Part shown: one piece after another, positions 51,356 to 64,000 of the stretch
Layout of the letters: each line of letters starts with the position of its first letter
Numbering within the stretch: the stretch's first letter is position 1
Notes under the pieces: model-generated
Seen by the model: the letters and a program-made list of their open reading frames with translations, nothing else
The model's database searches: none
What the model was told of the DNA's origin: nothing
Program-made: the position numbers and the translations under genes
DNA from: Tubulanus polymorphus
Taxonomy: Eukaryota; Animalia; Nemertea
Direction: 5' to 3'
DNA length: 64,000 nucleotides
Assembly (NCBI RefSeq): GCF_964204645.1
Contig: NC_134035.1
Coordinates: 7,029,101 to 7,093,100 of the forward strand

Positions 51356-52015
51356 ATGGTGTCTAATCAGGGATTGGACATGTCAGATGATCAATTAGGA
51401 CGTGGGGCCGCGGCACCGTACGGATATTCACCCGCCTCGAGGTCACTCATTTACCCGACCCCTCCATCGACGCATGGGCAGAGAATACAATGGCTGCCAC
51501 CGCAAACGCACCCAGCTCAGCAACTATCCTATCCGCATCCAAAACATCAGCAGCAACAGCAAAAAGAACACTTCCATCCATCATTCACCGGCCAGATTAA
51601 CTACGAGGTATATTCGAAACAAATTTATCAGGGATTCCGTTCTAAGAAAGTATTCGGTTGCGCAGTGTGTATGATTCTGTTCGGGTCTATTCATATATTG
51701 TCTGGTGCAATAATGGCGTTTTATATCGGTATGACGTCGGAAAGTTTTGGTGGTTACGGAATTTGGGGAGGAATATTTTTCCTGTCGACTGGTCTATTCG
51801 CCTTACTAACGTACTGGTGTAATAACACATGTACAGTTGGTTTTACGTTCGTTCTCGGAGTCATGTCCTCCGTAATTGCAGTCGTACAGTTCGTGTTAGC
51901 TATTCTGATGTGTTTGAAGTTCTACATGGCTATATTGGATGTGTTTACGTTATTTTCAACCATAGTCACGGCGATCGTTTTGTCGGTAAAATGTGCCAGT
52001 TGTAGGTTGGAATAA
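51356..52015 (+). CDS. MS4A/CD20-like four-TM membrane protein with a Pro/Gln-rich N-terminus
   Basis: 219-aa ORF; four hydrophobic helices; GYGIWGGIFFLSTG resembles the CD20-family 'GxxxWxG' motif. Confidence 0.75.
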   Translation: MVSNQGLDMSDDQLGRGAAAPYGYSPASRSLIYPTPPSTHGQRIQWLPPQTHPAQQLSYPHPKHQQQQQKEHFHPSFTGQINYEVYSKQIYQGFRSKKVFGCAVCMILFGSIHILSGAIMAFYIGMTSESFGGYGIWGGIFFLSTGLFALLTYWCNNTCTVGFTFVLGVMSSVIAVVQFVLAILMCLKFYMAILDVFTLFSTIVTAIVLSVKCASCRLE

Positions 52016-53313
52016 TAATGCGTTATGTGCCTTCTATTCAAAACTAAGACTCTTCTGTACGAAAATAAATCATAAAATCAGGAACCGTTAATAGATTCTT
52101 TAATCGGTCACCTAAACGTGTACAAGTCTACCACGGTGTTACTTGAGAACTTGTTCCACACGACATATAGGCACACATTATATAGCAATAAACCATGTAT
52201 GATTATTTGAATGGACGCTTAATGGAAACACTTGTCTAGCTCTGAAACTTGAAATGACCTCTAACGTTTAAAGTGATGAACGATTTGAGGTTACTCGTCG
52301 CGATCTTCGTCCAAACAGATGAATAATTACGTACATGTTGGGAAACACGTTTCGGAAAACACGTTTCCAACAGAGTACCGTTTTCCTACGTTTCCGTTTT
52401 CCTTTGACCCACAGTGTTCGACAAAAGAAAAAAAACAATCGTGCCAAGAACCGTGTCAATTGTTTGCGAAACCTCAGAATACTTTGCGCGTGTAACCTGT
52501 CGCAATTATGTAAAATATATAAGATTTAATGGCATCCATCGTATACATGTGCATATAAATGACTTCAGAAATGTCTTTGGTACCTACAACTTACATCCCA
52601 GATTTTCCTGGGCCCGGATTCATAGACTGAGCATCAAAGTTAACCCTAGGGGTAAATCCTCAATCTAGGTGACAACCACCATACAATGAGAAATCATGGT
52701 TATAACTGACGAACTTCAAAATATTCCCAGGGATTATTTTTCTTTATCATCTATAAAACCCAGCTCTATAATGAGAGGCGGTTCATTTGTATTTGCGGTG
52801 ATCTTTTCAGAAAAGGTGTCCCCCTCCAACTCCCATCGAATTGGTTAATGGCCTGATGTTTTATGTATGGAATTCGTAGGTTCTGGTTCACAAATTGATA
52901 ATGAAATGGAGATTCCCTGGATTTTCCTTTCTAAAAGTATAATCATGTCAAACATTTGGTTGGGTATGTTGGGCGAACACTATGAGCCAATCAGATTGCG
53001 ATTAATTGAATTAGATAGATTCATAAATTGTACGTACATAATCAAAATCATACCACAGAGATCATACATAAGCAACATCGAAAAAAAGTATTATGTTCAT
53101 ATTTTAGTCATTGTGGCAGCTAACATGTTTCAAAGCTTCTTTTCACATTTATTACCAGAAATCGTCTCGTAGATCTTAGGATTAAGCTATATACCTGCGT
53201 AGCTTTTCGATGTTATATTCGACTTCAGCCGGGGGCAAAGTTCATTCTTTTCTGATTGTCATCGGACAATGTGGTATGCAGACTCGATAATTCTGTAATA
53301 GCGTAGCGCACAG

Positions 53314-53420
53314 GTTCCAGTTCCACAGTTCTGAGTTAAGATTTGACTCTGAGTTAACTCATTGGAAATAAATTATAAACTTTAACTCAGAGTTAACTCA
53401 CAACTGTGGAACTGGGTCCT
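53314..53420. mobile_element. ~100-bp MITE (possibly PIF/Harbinger-type); second copy 61898-61990, single TIR at 51107-51122
   Basis: TIR CCAGTTCCACAGTT / AACTGTGGAACTGG; internal GAGTTAACTC palindromes; CAG/CTG flanks. Confidence 0.7.
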
Positions 53421-56400
53421 GATGTTTAATTGGGCAGCAGTGGTTACGAAACACATATCATAAGATGACGGATAAATCGATGTATTCCTTATGCAATACC
53501 GGTAGTTAGGAAGATGAAACAAAATATCACAATTGATGATATTCAGAGTTTATTGTCTGCATGCTGTGCTTTGGGATTTTTCTATTAATATAATCATATT
53601 ATAAACCCCATATCAGAGAAATGATAATAATGATGAATACATACATGTTTAACAACCCGGTACGTATGTGTCGCTAATCAATGATATGCTTCGCTGTACT
53701 GTCCTGTAACGATGCCATACGCTGTTATAATGAATCTTCTTTGCAAAATCGTTTCTCTTTGTGGATGAAATAAAGGTTTCTCTGATGATGGGATTTAGAT
53801 AAATCCTCGTATCTGTCAGATACTAGGCAAACTATCATTAATATGGGATTTTCGTTTATTTATATTACATAACAGCTTGGAGAAACGATGGTTAAATTAT
53901 AGATGAAATGCTACTCAGTTGCTTGCTATATATACTTTTATACCTTCCTGTATATTATGACTATTATGATAATGATTATCATAATTATATATATCATTAA
54001 AATTACATTTATTTAACTGTAAACATTTCTCATAAGAATCTATTTGTTCACTTCATTTGCTCTTTTCTCTTTGTAATGTGTAGAGTAGCTAATCATGTTA
54101 GGATTCCATATCGTGAACCTTATCTATTAGCGAGGGTTCAAGTCTCTCCATCACTCGTTGACAGAATGTTCTTGAATATTTGTCAATAGCGACAATTACC
54201 GACGTCACTCCATAGGAACTAAGTAAACATAGCTTTTACTCTCGAAATTCCTTGTAGACGCATGTCAACGGGACGGTTTGGGGCCAGATTGCAATATTCA
54301 GCCGATAAACCACGAGCTAAGAGTCTATGGCCCTTGGGACTCTTAACAGCTGCAACTTTCGATAGATATAAGACGTGGTGACAGATCTAAGAGCGGGCCT
54401 AGGATCTAGGAACAGTCTCGTGTGTGGAATTAGAGGCTCGATTATTAGGCTAGAATTGAAATGCATGGTTTATACGTATTTCTTTTTCTCTAGAAAAGCA
54501 TCCGTCCGGAGGCACCCCAAATATTTGCCAGAATGAATTCTTCTATAACGGATCATGAAGTCATTTAGTAATACATATCTTATCTTCCTGATTTAGAATT
54601 GAACCATTACACCGATCATTAGCTAATCTTCGACTAACTATAAAACGACACCGGAAAGTGATAGGCTATCGCTTTGACATTGCTGACATTAAATACTTGA
54701 AAATAGTTTTCTACCCGTGTGTTTCCGGAAGATCCAAGCAAAATCGAGCTCGGTCTCTTATAAAAGCTATGGCCTTTGAGAACAAGGTAAGACACTAAAA
54801 TATTATGAACCAGGTTTCAGGGACGTGGTCCCACAAAAATTGCTTGGCTTCAATCGGAAATAAAAGGCATACATTGCTATTAATTTGTAGAAGTTGTGGA
54901 TCAAAATTGGATTTTTCTTCGTTATGATCGTGAAGCCAATATTGTCTTATTCCGGTAGGTTATCGCACACGTACATTAAGTTATGAGTTACTTTACATTG
55001 TAAGCAAGGTCAACTCAATCAACATGCAATGTCGTTTTGACCCGTTAAACTTGTCATTTCAATATTATTTCCAATGGTGTATAGTAAGGCCCATCAAATA
55101 TTTCCTGACAATAACATTTTTCTAAATGAAAAATAAATTGCCAGCAAAATGTTTCCTACTAAAACTATCTATCATGTTGTGATCCAGCAATCCGGCATGT
55201 TTCTATTTCATTCTAAGAAGAGGGGTTGGTAACAAAATGTAAAAAATGATTGGAGCTACTTCACACAATGGAGAACAGACGGCCACGCACGACGTGCGCG
55301 TTCCCCGTGTTTCTTAGAGCACGGGGAATATTTAGGTGTAAAAAGGTTTTTTGACGCCTTATAAAACGTTACCATTATGAAACCTAAACAATGTTAACCA
55401 TTCAGCGTCATTTTACAAACGACAACCCTAAATCGATGTGCAAAACGTCACAGGTCTATGTGTACACATACAAGCTATTTGGCAAAATATTATTGACAGA
55501 GATGTAGAATGGCTTCCTGTGATTATATAATGACTTATATTTGAACGTCGAATATTATATTGCATTGGATATCATTACAAGACGTATTGTAATAGTAAAG
55601 GATGTATGATTATATCAGAAGCGGCAGGCATGAATAGAAATGATAAGTAAATCGGATTATTCGGTTAAATGGCGGATGTATACACGATACGGAAGTCCGA
55701 TATAAAAGTCATGGGGATGCTGGTGGAATGACGAAGCTATCTATGATGTGTGTAGGGCCGGCAGGAATTTCATCAGCGGCTACAAGTGGTCAATATGAAA
55801 ATGTGTAAACATATAATTTCAAAATTCAAATGTTTTAGAAAATATGTTCGATATTAGGGGTATGCAGGTTTCATGAGATTAGCAATTTATGATAGCATAG
55901 CTGTTATATACGGCTCCGCGTCCTCTGATGGCATGTGTGTAGGTGAAAATACAATTCAATTCTTTATTGATCCTTATTACATTGAAATTCTGGGATAAAA
56001 TTCCCAAATTCAATAAATACAAATTTTAAAACAAGAAAATAAAACGTACAAGACACACGGGTAATTCATACAGAATAACATAAACAAGTTATTTTAAATG
56101 ACAATGTCTACTTCAACCCAGACTCACGACTAGGATATCGAGTGGCAGCCAAACCCGTGGCCCGAAGACCGGGCCGGCTGGCTAGGCCACACGATATGCT
56201 CGAAGTCATGAGGAAGCAGACATCAGAATGCTCTTTCCTCAACCATGGAGGCAATGAGAAAGCAGACCAGCTTACAGGCAAAAAAAGTGAATGAAGTTGG
56301 TAGCAAGTTATCAATTATTGACAAAAAAATTAAACCACTAGAGTCGAAGACCTGTATCATCTACCCAATCGCCAAATCTCATAATTCCCCAAATTTGTTA

Positions 56401-59400
56401 AAACTTCGAATTTCAAATTTGCAATTCCACATTAGCTTATCCGCGAAATTCTACATTTTTTTCGCAGGCGTCAAATAATTCATTAAAATTAATTTTCTTG
56501 TTGATCCTCTCTGTCTCTAATTCCCTCCCTCTCTCCCTTTCTCCCCCTCTCCCTCTCTTCCTCTCTCCCTCCACATGACCTTAAAATGATATGGATACCT
56601 CAAACTTTATTTTCATTTTAATGACAACACTATTATACAAACAAAACTACACAAAAGAATACAAGAGGGTACGATTATACATAAGTATGATCATGGACGC
56701 ATAGACTAGGGTTAAAATTTAGTCTATATGTCCATGGTAAACCTCATTTTTTTGTAAACACGATTTATTGGGCGAACTTTTATTTACAACCACTGGAGAG
56801 CCACCGCATATCTTTTATCGGAGATATGAAATAAAGTCAAAGTAGAGGCATAGTGGAGAACATAAATGGCGGAGACTGCCTCAATTAATAGACATGTCGA
56901 AACTGCACCAAGAGCTGCACCAAGTGAAACCGGTTAAATGCTATGTGTTTATTTTATCTCAAAATAGGGATTTTCCCTATCGACATTTGATTGGTAGATT
57001 TTTTATGATGCTGTGTCCTTTACAAAGCCACCACACCTGCTGGAAACAGGAAAGAGGTTTTCATTTTGAAATTGAAAATCGAAGTGCGGTCCGGAAGTTG
57101 TGGTAGTCGCAAAATTTCCAAAATGTTTTTGATTAAAAAATCTCGCCTCTAGTTCATGTAAACAATCATCCAACCAGACTTAACCGACAAACGAATTGTT
57201 AGGATTAGATTCCAGCGGGGGTTCCAGGGGCCTAATTTGAGATATTGTCTTCCGAGTAGATGGCCTAGGGCCCGATGGCCTGGAGACGGGTAGTTGGTCC
57301 TGACTCAACGAAATTTGAAATTTTAGCTGCTCTCAGACGCTATACCAGCAATTATAAAAAGCCTTAAACCTCGAGTGCCGGTGGAGCACCGATTCACTAC
57401 CAGTTAGCTATCACTGTGTGACAAGTATCGGAGAGACAAGTATCGGAGAGTGTAAAGTCACATGCAGAGATGTTGTTGGGGAAATCTTTAGTACCGCTCA
57501 AGTGGTACCCACGGTAGGCTGGATCCACCAAACTTTGTGGGGTTGTTCTTTGAGGTCTGAAGATCATATTGATCAGTAGAGTTTTCTTACGAAAATCCTC
57601 TTGTAATTCTGCTGATTATTATATTTCTTTTCCCCTTTCCAGCCAGAAAAATTTCACAAAATTTATCTTCTCTCAGATTCGACTACTAATCGGCAAAAAG
57701 TGCTCTAATCAATGTAGTGATATTTATAGCACTCTGAATGCATGGGCTAGAATTTCATAAAAATAAAAATTCGTTGAATTAATCTCACGACGAAAATACA
57801 GAGACCTAACTAGATAATGGATTCACCATTCGTTAATTTCTAATCCTTAAATTCCTAATTTTACACGACGACCTTGAGGATGGTCTCTGTTTAAGTCAAA
57901 AAGAGGATTGCTCCGAGAATAACCAAATCAGGGAAATCCAAATCAGCTCCGTTTACTAAAAGCTACTAAACGCATTCAACAATTAAGTGGGAGCATTCTC
58001 AAAACCAAGATGAGAATTCTTTGAATGTAGCGACGAAAATTTCGGTACCGACTAAAGTAGATTGGTCGTCCTGCAAACTCTACCCGACACGAAAATGAAT
58101 GCCGATCCAGATACGTCATTTAAACTCGCCCGCGCAACAGTGAAAAACTGTCACTTTTATACCAAGATGGATTTCGATCAAATCTAAGAACTATATTTGA
58201 ACTAACAAGTCAGAAAACCCGTTATCGCTGCTTTGCAGCTATATTTTATATGTTTTGGTCGTTTTCCACACGTAAAGAATAGTCCGAAAGTTTATTTTTG
58301 TTTTCTCAACACAAAGCACATTATATTTCCCAAACGCATTATCCGATGAGGATGGGTTTTCTCCGTCAAGGGGGTGCAGTTGGTACTTCACAGCTGGCGC
58401 TGAATTTGCATTTAAATAGAAGGTTTACACGGGAGCAGTTTTGTGTTCATATACTGTAAACAGTTCTTACATTTACGAATGTCTGCTTTTTGTCATAAGA
58501 TGCAGATTTACCCGGTTATTTACTTGATTGGTAGATTTCGTTTGATTTGTTTTGTATGATCGGCTGTCTGTAACCTATTAATGTATTAGTGTAGTGTAGT
58601 CAATGGAACGCGACTTTCATAGTATTTAGTTTCATATTCAACTTATTACCAGGCTGTGAACCATTTAGTTAAATCCCTGTATATAGGTTTATTTTGTGGA
58701 ATGCTCTTCACGGTCCTGTTATCATTTTCATGAACACCAAATGTGTATATAAGTAGCTTCGTGAGCTGGTGGAGGGAGAGAAGACTGGTCGAAACACACC
58801 GGACCGGACGCTGAAGGAAAACTTCGTGCGACGAACTGCACGCCGAGAAATCAGAACAGACAGTCCGCTGATAGATCAGAAAACCTTGTGCGACGGATAG
58901 CACGCTGATAGACCGAGAAACCTTGTGCGACGGACATCACGCTGATTGACCACTGAAACCTCCTGCAATGAACGGCACCTCAAATCATGTTAAGCCCATA
59001 TATCAATTGTACATAAGTTAAGTTTACCTGTTTATGTAATGATTTGTATTAACTTACATAAGACTGTTCGTTGCGTTTGATTGATCGTGGAAAAATGTAA
59101 CTCTGTCGAATTTACAGAATTCTTTGCTTATATCGAAATTTATATACATAATTGGAAATTTCGGTTCCAGTTCATTAAAATAATCTTCCAACCAGCCAGA
59201 ACCAGCAATCGACTTACTGGGGTTAGTTATGTTGGCTGCCTAATTGAATAAATCCAGATTTCGGAAATAACTATACTACAAGGTTGAAGATGATTTTGTT
59301 TTTTTTTATTTTTGGTCATTTTCGACTGTCGATTTCAACTGAGGAATAGGCCCCAAATTGTAGTCAGTTTCGAGCGTCGCCAGTTCACCTCCTCCGTGCT

Positions 59401-59577
59401 TTAGTAAGCCAAATAACCCCTTATTAACGACCAGATTATTACGTTACAAAATCACAATTATCTTTACAGCAGCAAATAATTTGGGTATATTTGCATTTTG
59501 TATATTTTGCTGGCAATTTTTCTTCGTAGAGGGAAATATTTTGATGGTCCTGTCAGTCAAATGATATCTTCTTATAG

Positions 59578-62500
59578 ATAACATTTGCCGAAAAAACTGG
59601 GTGCAGTATGGTCGGTCGTGCTACTGGTTTCAACGATCAAATGAAGCGTGGTTCGATGCTAGAGCCACTTGTTGGTCAGAAGGTGCCACGATGTTAGTAA
59701 TCGACGATAGACACGAATTCGCATTTATAGACAGACATCTTGAAATTGCAGGCGATCTTAACACCTACTGGCTGGGCGCATCGCGTTATCGACTGTGGCC
59801 GGATGACGCCAATCAGTTTTGTAAGTTTATTAATCAAGAAATTAGAAAAAAAGAAATGACCCTCTAATTTGTAGGCTATTTATGTAACCTGTATTACTTC
59901 ATATCAAAGTTGCATTGTCTTCGTTTCGATTATTTCATTTTAAACTGATATAACGTTAAATACCCACTTCAAGCGTAGTTCATTTTCTTTCTGTGAATGA
60001 CACACTCCGTGGCTGACGACATATCCTAACCGTAGTACGCACTAAAGTTCGAGTAATCTGTGATATCATCTATCAGGGAGTACTCGCTGGATCTGACTCA
60101 TTCTCATAATATTCACACTTCTACGGATCAGCATTTTATTGGAATAATCTTATCGTGCTTTTCAATTTTATAATAAAGTCTTTAAAGTTATTTTAACGTC
60201 AATCTTACGGAAAAAAATTAATTAATTCCATTGGTCACCTCGTAAATGTCATATAGATTCCGGCGTGCGTATGTGTTACCGCTGCCGCATAATTATGCTA
60301 TCTATGGCTAATAGTTCACCTAGGATCATGGAATTTTATGCAGAGTAGGGCGGGCAAATTTGGTTGAACTTATTAGGTCGCTGTAGTGTAGGGTCGGTTT
60401 TGGAAAAGGACCTTAGCGCGATAGAGCCTTCATTTCTCGAGAATATTTTTCAAGTTGGTTCACAGATAGGAACTAGTCCGAGGATATCCCTTTTTAAATA
60501 CATCTTGGTGTAGTTAGAATTGTGGCCACCAGTGGCCGCATTGTAAAACGAGCCTTCATTTCTCAAATAATAGCTACACTACCTCCCCCCACGTGTTTTT
60601 ATTTGCTGCACATAGCGTTACCCGATTGCTGTCGATGTAACGATTTAGTTAAGTTGTATATGTTTTGCGCTGAATCCTATGATATCCTGCAGGCATCCAG
60701 GAAAACGTGCTATACTGAAGGACCTTCCAAATTGCAGGGGATTTAGTCCTACGACTTGTAGATTGCAGTGAACTATATTTTGGTAAATTTAGAAAGAGTC
60801 TTATTTATTTATTTATTTCAGAGATAAATTGCAACAAAGTGTACAATATAAAAGATAACACATTATGTTGTAGTATAAAACTGGGGTTTCAGAAAAAGCA
60901 TAGCAAGACTTGTATAAACTGAAGCCCCAGAAAAGGAATGCTAAATATATACCAAAAGTATATATTTCCTTTCAACGAATCCGGTATTTGGAGTGATAAT
61001 CAAAGAGTCCAGTTTTATTTATTAATCGGGTTGTAGGGTCCACGATGTTACACATCGTATCTAATGATATTCTGTAACTCCGAGCGAGAAATTTTTTAGG
61101 CCGGATCAATGAATGACACAAGTAGCAGAAGCACGTTTACTAAGAGTCTACGATTATACGATCGGTGCTGTCTAAAAGTTAAGGGGCAATTGTTTTCAAT
61201 GAGTGAATCTTTTGTAATAGATGCTCAAATTTACCAGGCGGAGCTTCATCAATTAGCAGGGTTCGTAGTACGTATCATATTTGAATGTTTGTGTTTTATA
61301 TTTGGATGTCAGTATCTCGGAGAATGAGGGATTCGGTTTGGAGGACCCTACCACACGGTGGCCAATTCCATCTGGCTACATTGACTAGACTAGACTAAAT
61401 GAATTCAAACATGACATTACGACATCCCATATACTATTTTATAAAAGAAAGAAATTGTAAGATGTTGAGTAGGCAATTTTATTATGCTCTCAAAGTTGGT
61501 CGGTAAAATGATATATTTTCTTTACTATTTAGTTTGGTTTTGGGACGACAGTCGCTCGGTGACTACTCTTGATTATTGGCTGTTTGAACCGACATCTATA
61601 CGGCACAATTGTCTCGGCTTGCGGCGCACAGAATCGAGTGGTTTCTTTACCAGGCGCTGGTTACAACAAGACTGTTACCTTAAACAAAAATATATCTGCG
61701 AATACAACACTCTATGTAAGAACATTTTCAAGAGTAGCGTGGCGGTGAAACCTCGCTTGGCTAAGTTCACTAAAGCAATACCAAATGCTTTAAGGCAATC
61801 ATATTTACAATCCTTCATGCATGCACTTGTATCTGGTCTAAATTAATTTCCTTTTTTAAATCTACTCTGGGAGACGTAAGACTGAGCTGTTGCACTGGAC
61901 CCAGTTCCACAGTTCTGAGTTCCACAGAGAGTTAACTCAATGAAAAAGAATCGATGTTAACAATAACTCACAACTGTGGAACTGAGCCCTTGTCAATACA
62001 GGCTCGTTCGGATCTTCGGATCACGAGTGCTATTTGCAAAATAGCGGTCGTCGCTCGAATGCTTGAGGTTTCTTAGGACGAGTGTTCTGTTCTAGGTATA
62101 ACACATCCATGCACTTTTATTCATTGGTAGATGTTATGTTCAAGTTATCGGCATCGCATCCAATAGCTTCACTGTCGTGCGATGGAAACAAAGTATTGAG
62201 ACTTAAAACCTGGAAAGTAGGACCTGATTGGGCCCGACAGCCGCACGTCAGCCGCGAATGGTGCCCATTTATCAGCGAAGGTCTGCTGGCTAATCATAAC
62301 AAGCCATCAGCGGCTTACAGCAGAGCTGTGTCAGCCTGTAACGGTTATTCTCGATGCACGTTCGATTTCAGACCGATGAACTCATGGAGCTCTTGTGCAA
62401 GTGGCAATCCAATGATGTCATACGTTGTGTACACTTGCGAGAAACTAGTCGGTCAGTATAAAAAGAAAAATAACTGCTTCATGGGGTGGTCATTTTAGCT

Positions 62501-63882
62501 GGAATGGTTTATTACCACGTCAAATGTACCAACCGTTTCAATGTTTGATATATACACTGGTTTACACCGTCTGGTGAAAGTATTTACAAAACTATCCAAT
62601 AAAACAAACCTTAAACAATTCCAGAATGCCCCGACAAGGAGTCAGTGGGTGTTGGCGCCGAGGAATGGGTCAGTCACGACGGAATGTGTTATGGTTCGCA
62701 TAGAGAGCCACACCACTATACGTCGTTTCAGTTAGCCGAGGACGAATGCAATAAACATAGACTCGGGCACCTTTTGAGTCTATTTTCACCGGAGGAATCA
62801 ACGTTCCTAAAAAGGCACCATCTGTAAGTACAAATAGGTGATTTCCTCCCTGATGTTTTGACAATTGAGTATGAAACGTTACATCTACAGGTCACACCAC
62901 GTGGATCGGTTGGGAGCCAAGTACGATCGAATTTCCCGTTCGTGGGTGTACACGAATGGCCTACCAGCTGATTGGCATCCTCTTCAGTCCTACCATTCTA
63001 AACCCGATGGATGTTTGTATATCAGAGATGACCAACGGATCTCCTGGTTCATCAGTGACTGTAATCGTGCAGATGCATCATTTATATGCAAAGTTCCCAA
63101 TCAAGGTTTGTATAATTTTTTCAAAAGATTAAACCGGTCACTGTTCTTTGATTATACCCTCCTACCACAATTAAGAACTCTCACGGAAAACTGGTCCACT
63201 ATTATGAATTACTCTCTCAGAATCAATTCGATCATTGCAAAGCGAACCTGCCACCAAGACTTATATAAAATCATTATACAATACCTGGTAAATTCTATTC
63301 TAATGTTTAAAAAGTGTTAACATTTTCTGTCTATTCGTCTGTTTATTACTTGTGTGCATGGTGTGTGAGTGCGATGAATGTGGTGTGGATGCTTCTGGGT
63401 GACACGGCCAAGATAGACTGTTTCAGTCTTTCTGTATAGCCCCATTATCCTTTCACATTTTTCTTCGTTAGCTTATATTCGTAATATCGTCCAATAATGT
63501 AACATTCTACAGAAAATAAATTTAATTCAACTCAACTATCACTACAAGCTGTGGCCCGTATTGTTCACCTTCCACCGAAAAATGTTAGATATTCCAATTG
63601 TATGGTGGAGACAATGTCTTGGTCAATTTTCCAGTTGGAAAGAGCGCGTTTTCGATGAGTGCATTCCGACATCAATATCTTCTGATTCAGATTGCGTCAA
63701 ACCACTCGGTATCGAACACGGACACATAGCTAATGACATGATATCAGCGTCTTCGGTCAAGTCCGTGGGTATGACGAATCCCTATAACGCGAGATTGAAC
63801 GGTCCAGGCGCTTGGTGCGCTTCTAGCACGGATACGAAGCCTTTCATCCAAATTGATCATAATCTCGTCGTTGAAATATACG
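59578..63882 (+). CDS. Multidomain lectin, partial: C-type lectin (exons 59578-59820, 61533-61715), SUEL-like Cys domain (62131-62451), C-type lectin (62625-62823, 62891-63105), F5/8 discoidin (63691-63882); runs off the window end
   Basis: C..W..YGRSCY..W..AR..C..YWLGA../W.W.D..W...C..YICE; LSC....VS.CNG...C..C...SYVVYTCE; HDGMCY..AEDEC..GHLLSL..FICK; CVKPLGIEHGHIANDMISASS..ARLNGPGAWCA..FIQID. Splice phases are consistent. Confidence 0.85.
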
Positions 63883-64000
63883 GTAAGATCAGAAGTAATT
63901 TAGTTTAGAGTGAATTCCAATTGTAGTAGATAGATATATTTCTAGGCCCGGTTTTATAGACTGGCATTATCTTTTAACCCGGGGCTTAATTGAAATGAAA

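Noticed and set aside
58569-59060. Possible solo LTR (TGTAAC...TTACA, TATA box, internal repeats)
   Set aside because: No target-site duplication found and no second copy in the window.
62891-62920. TWIG motif in an alternative frame suggesting a frameshifted lectin exon
   Set aside because: The splice phase supports the continuous SHHVDRLGAKYD frame, and no suitable acceptor exists for the other frame.

Overview
AT-rich, intron-containing animal DNA, most likely a marine invertebrate; the species cannot be determined from sequence alone. The left half (~1-32 kb) is a nest of mobile elements. (i) A full-length Ty3/Gypsy LTR retrotransposon (5839-10413) with near-identical LTRs, a CGGTA TSD and three coding lesions sits in a satellite. 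(ii) A decayed, very AT-rich endogenous virus with a protein-primed PolB (Polinton-like; ~11.2-30.4 kb) carries a pPolB C-terminus, an HNH-like gene, a Zn-finger gene, a capsid-like gene, a penton-like gene and several membrane-protein genes. Most of these start at TAAATG. (iii) A Helentron-type non-autonomous element (17817-21012) and (iv) a Kolobok DNA transposon (23606-30234; TTAA TSD; transposase plus KolX) each split a viral gene. (v) Penelope fragments and hammerhead ribozyme motifs are also present. The right half holds host genes: a small single-pass membrane protein, a microsomal epoxide hydrolase, an MS4A/CD20-like protein and the 5' part of a C-type lectin/SUEL-like/F5-8 multidomain gene, with MITEs and decayed retroelements between them. 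All calls come from reading the sequence by eye; no database searches were run.
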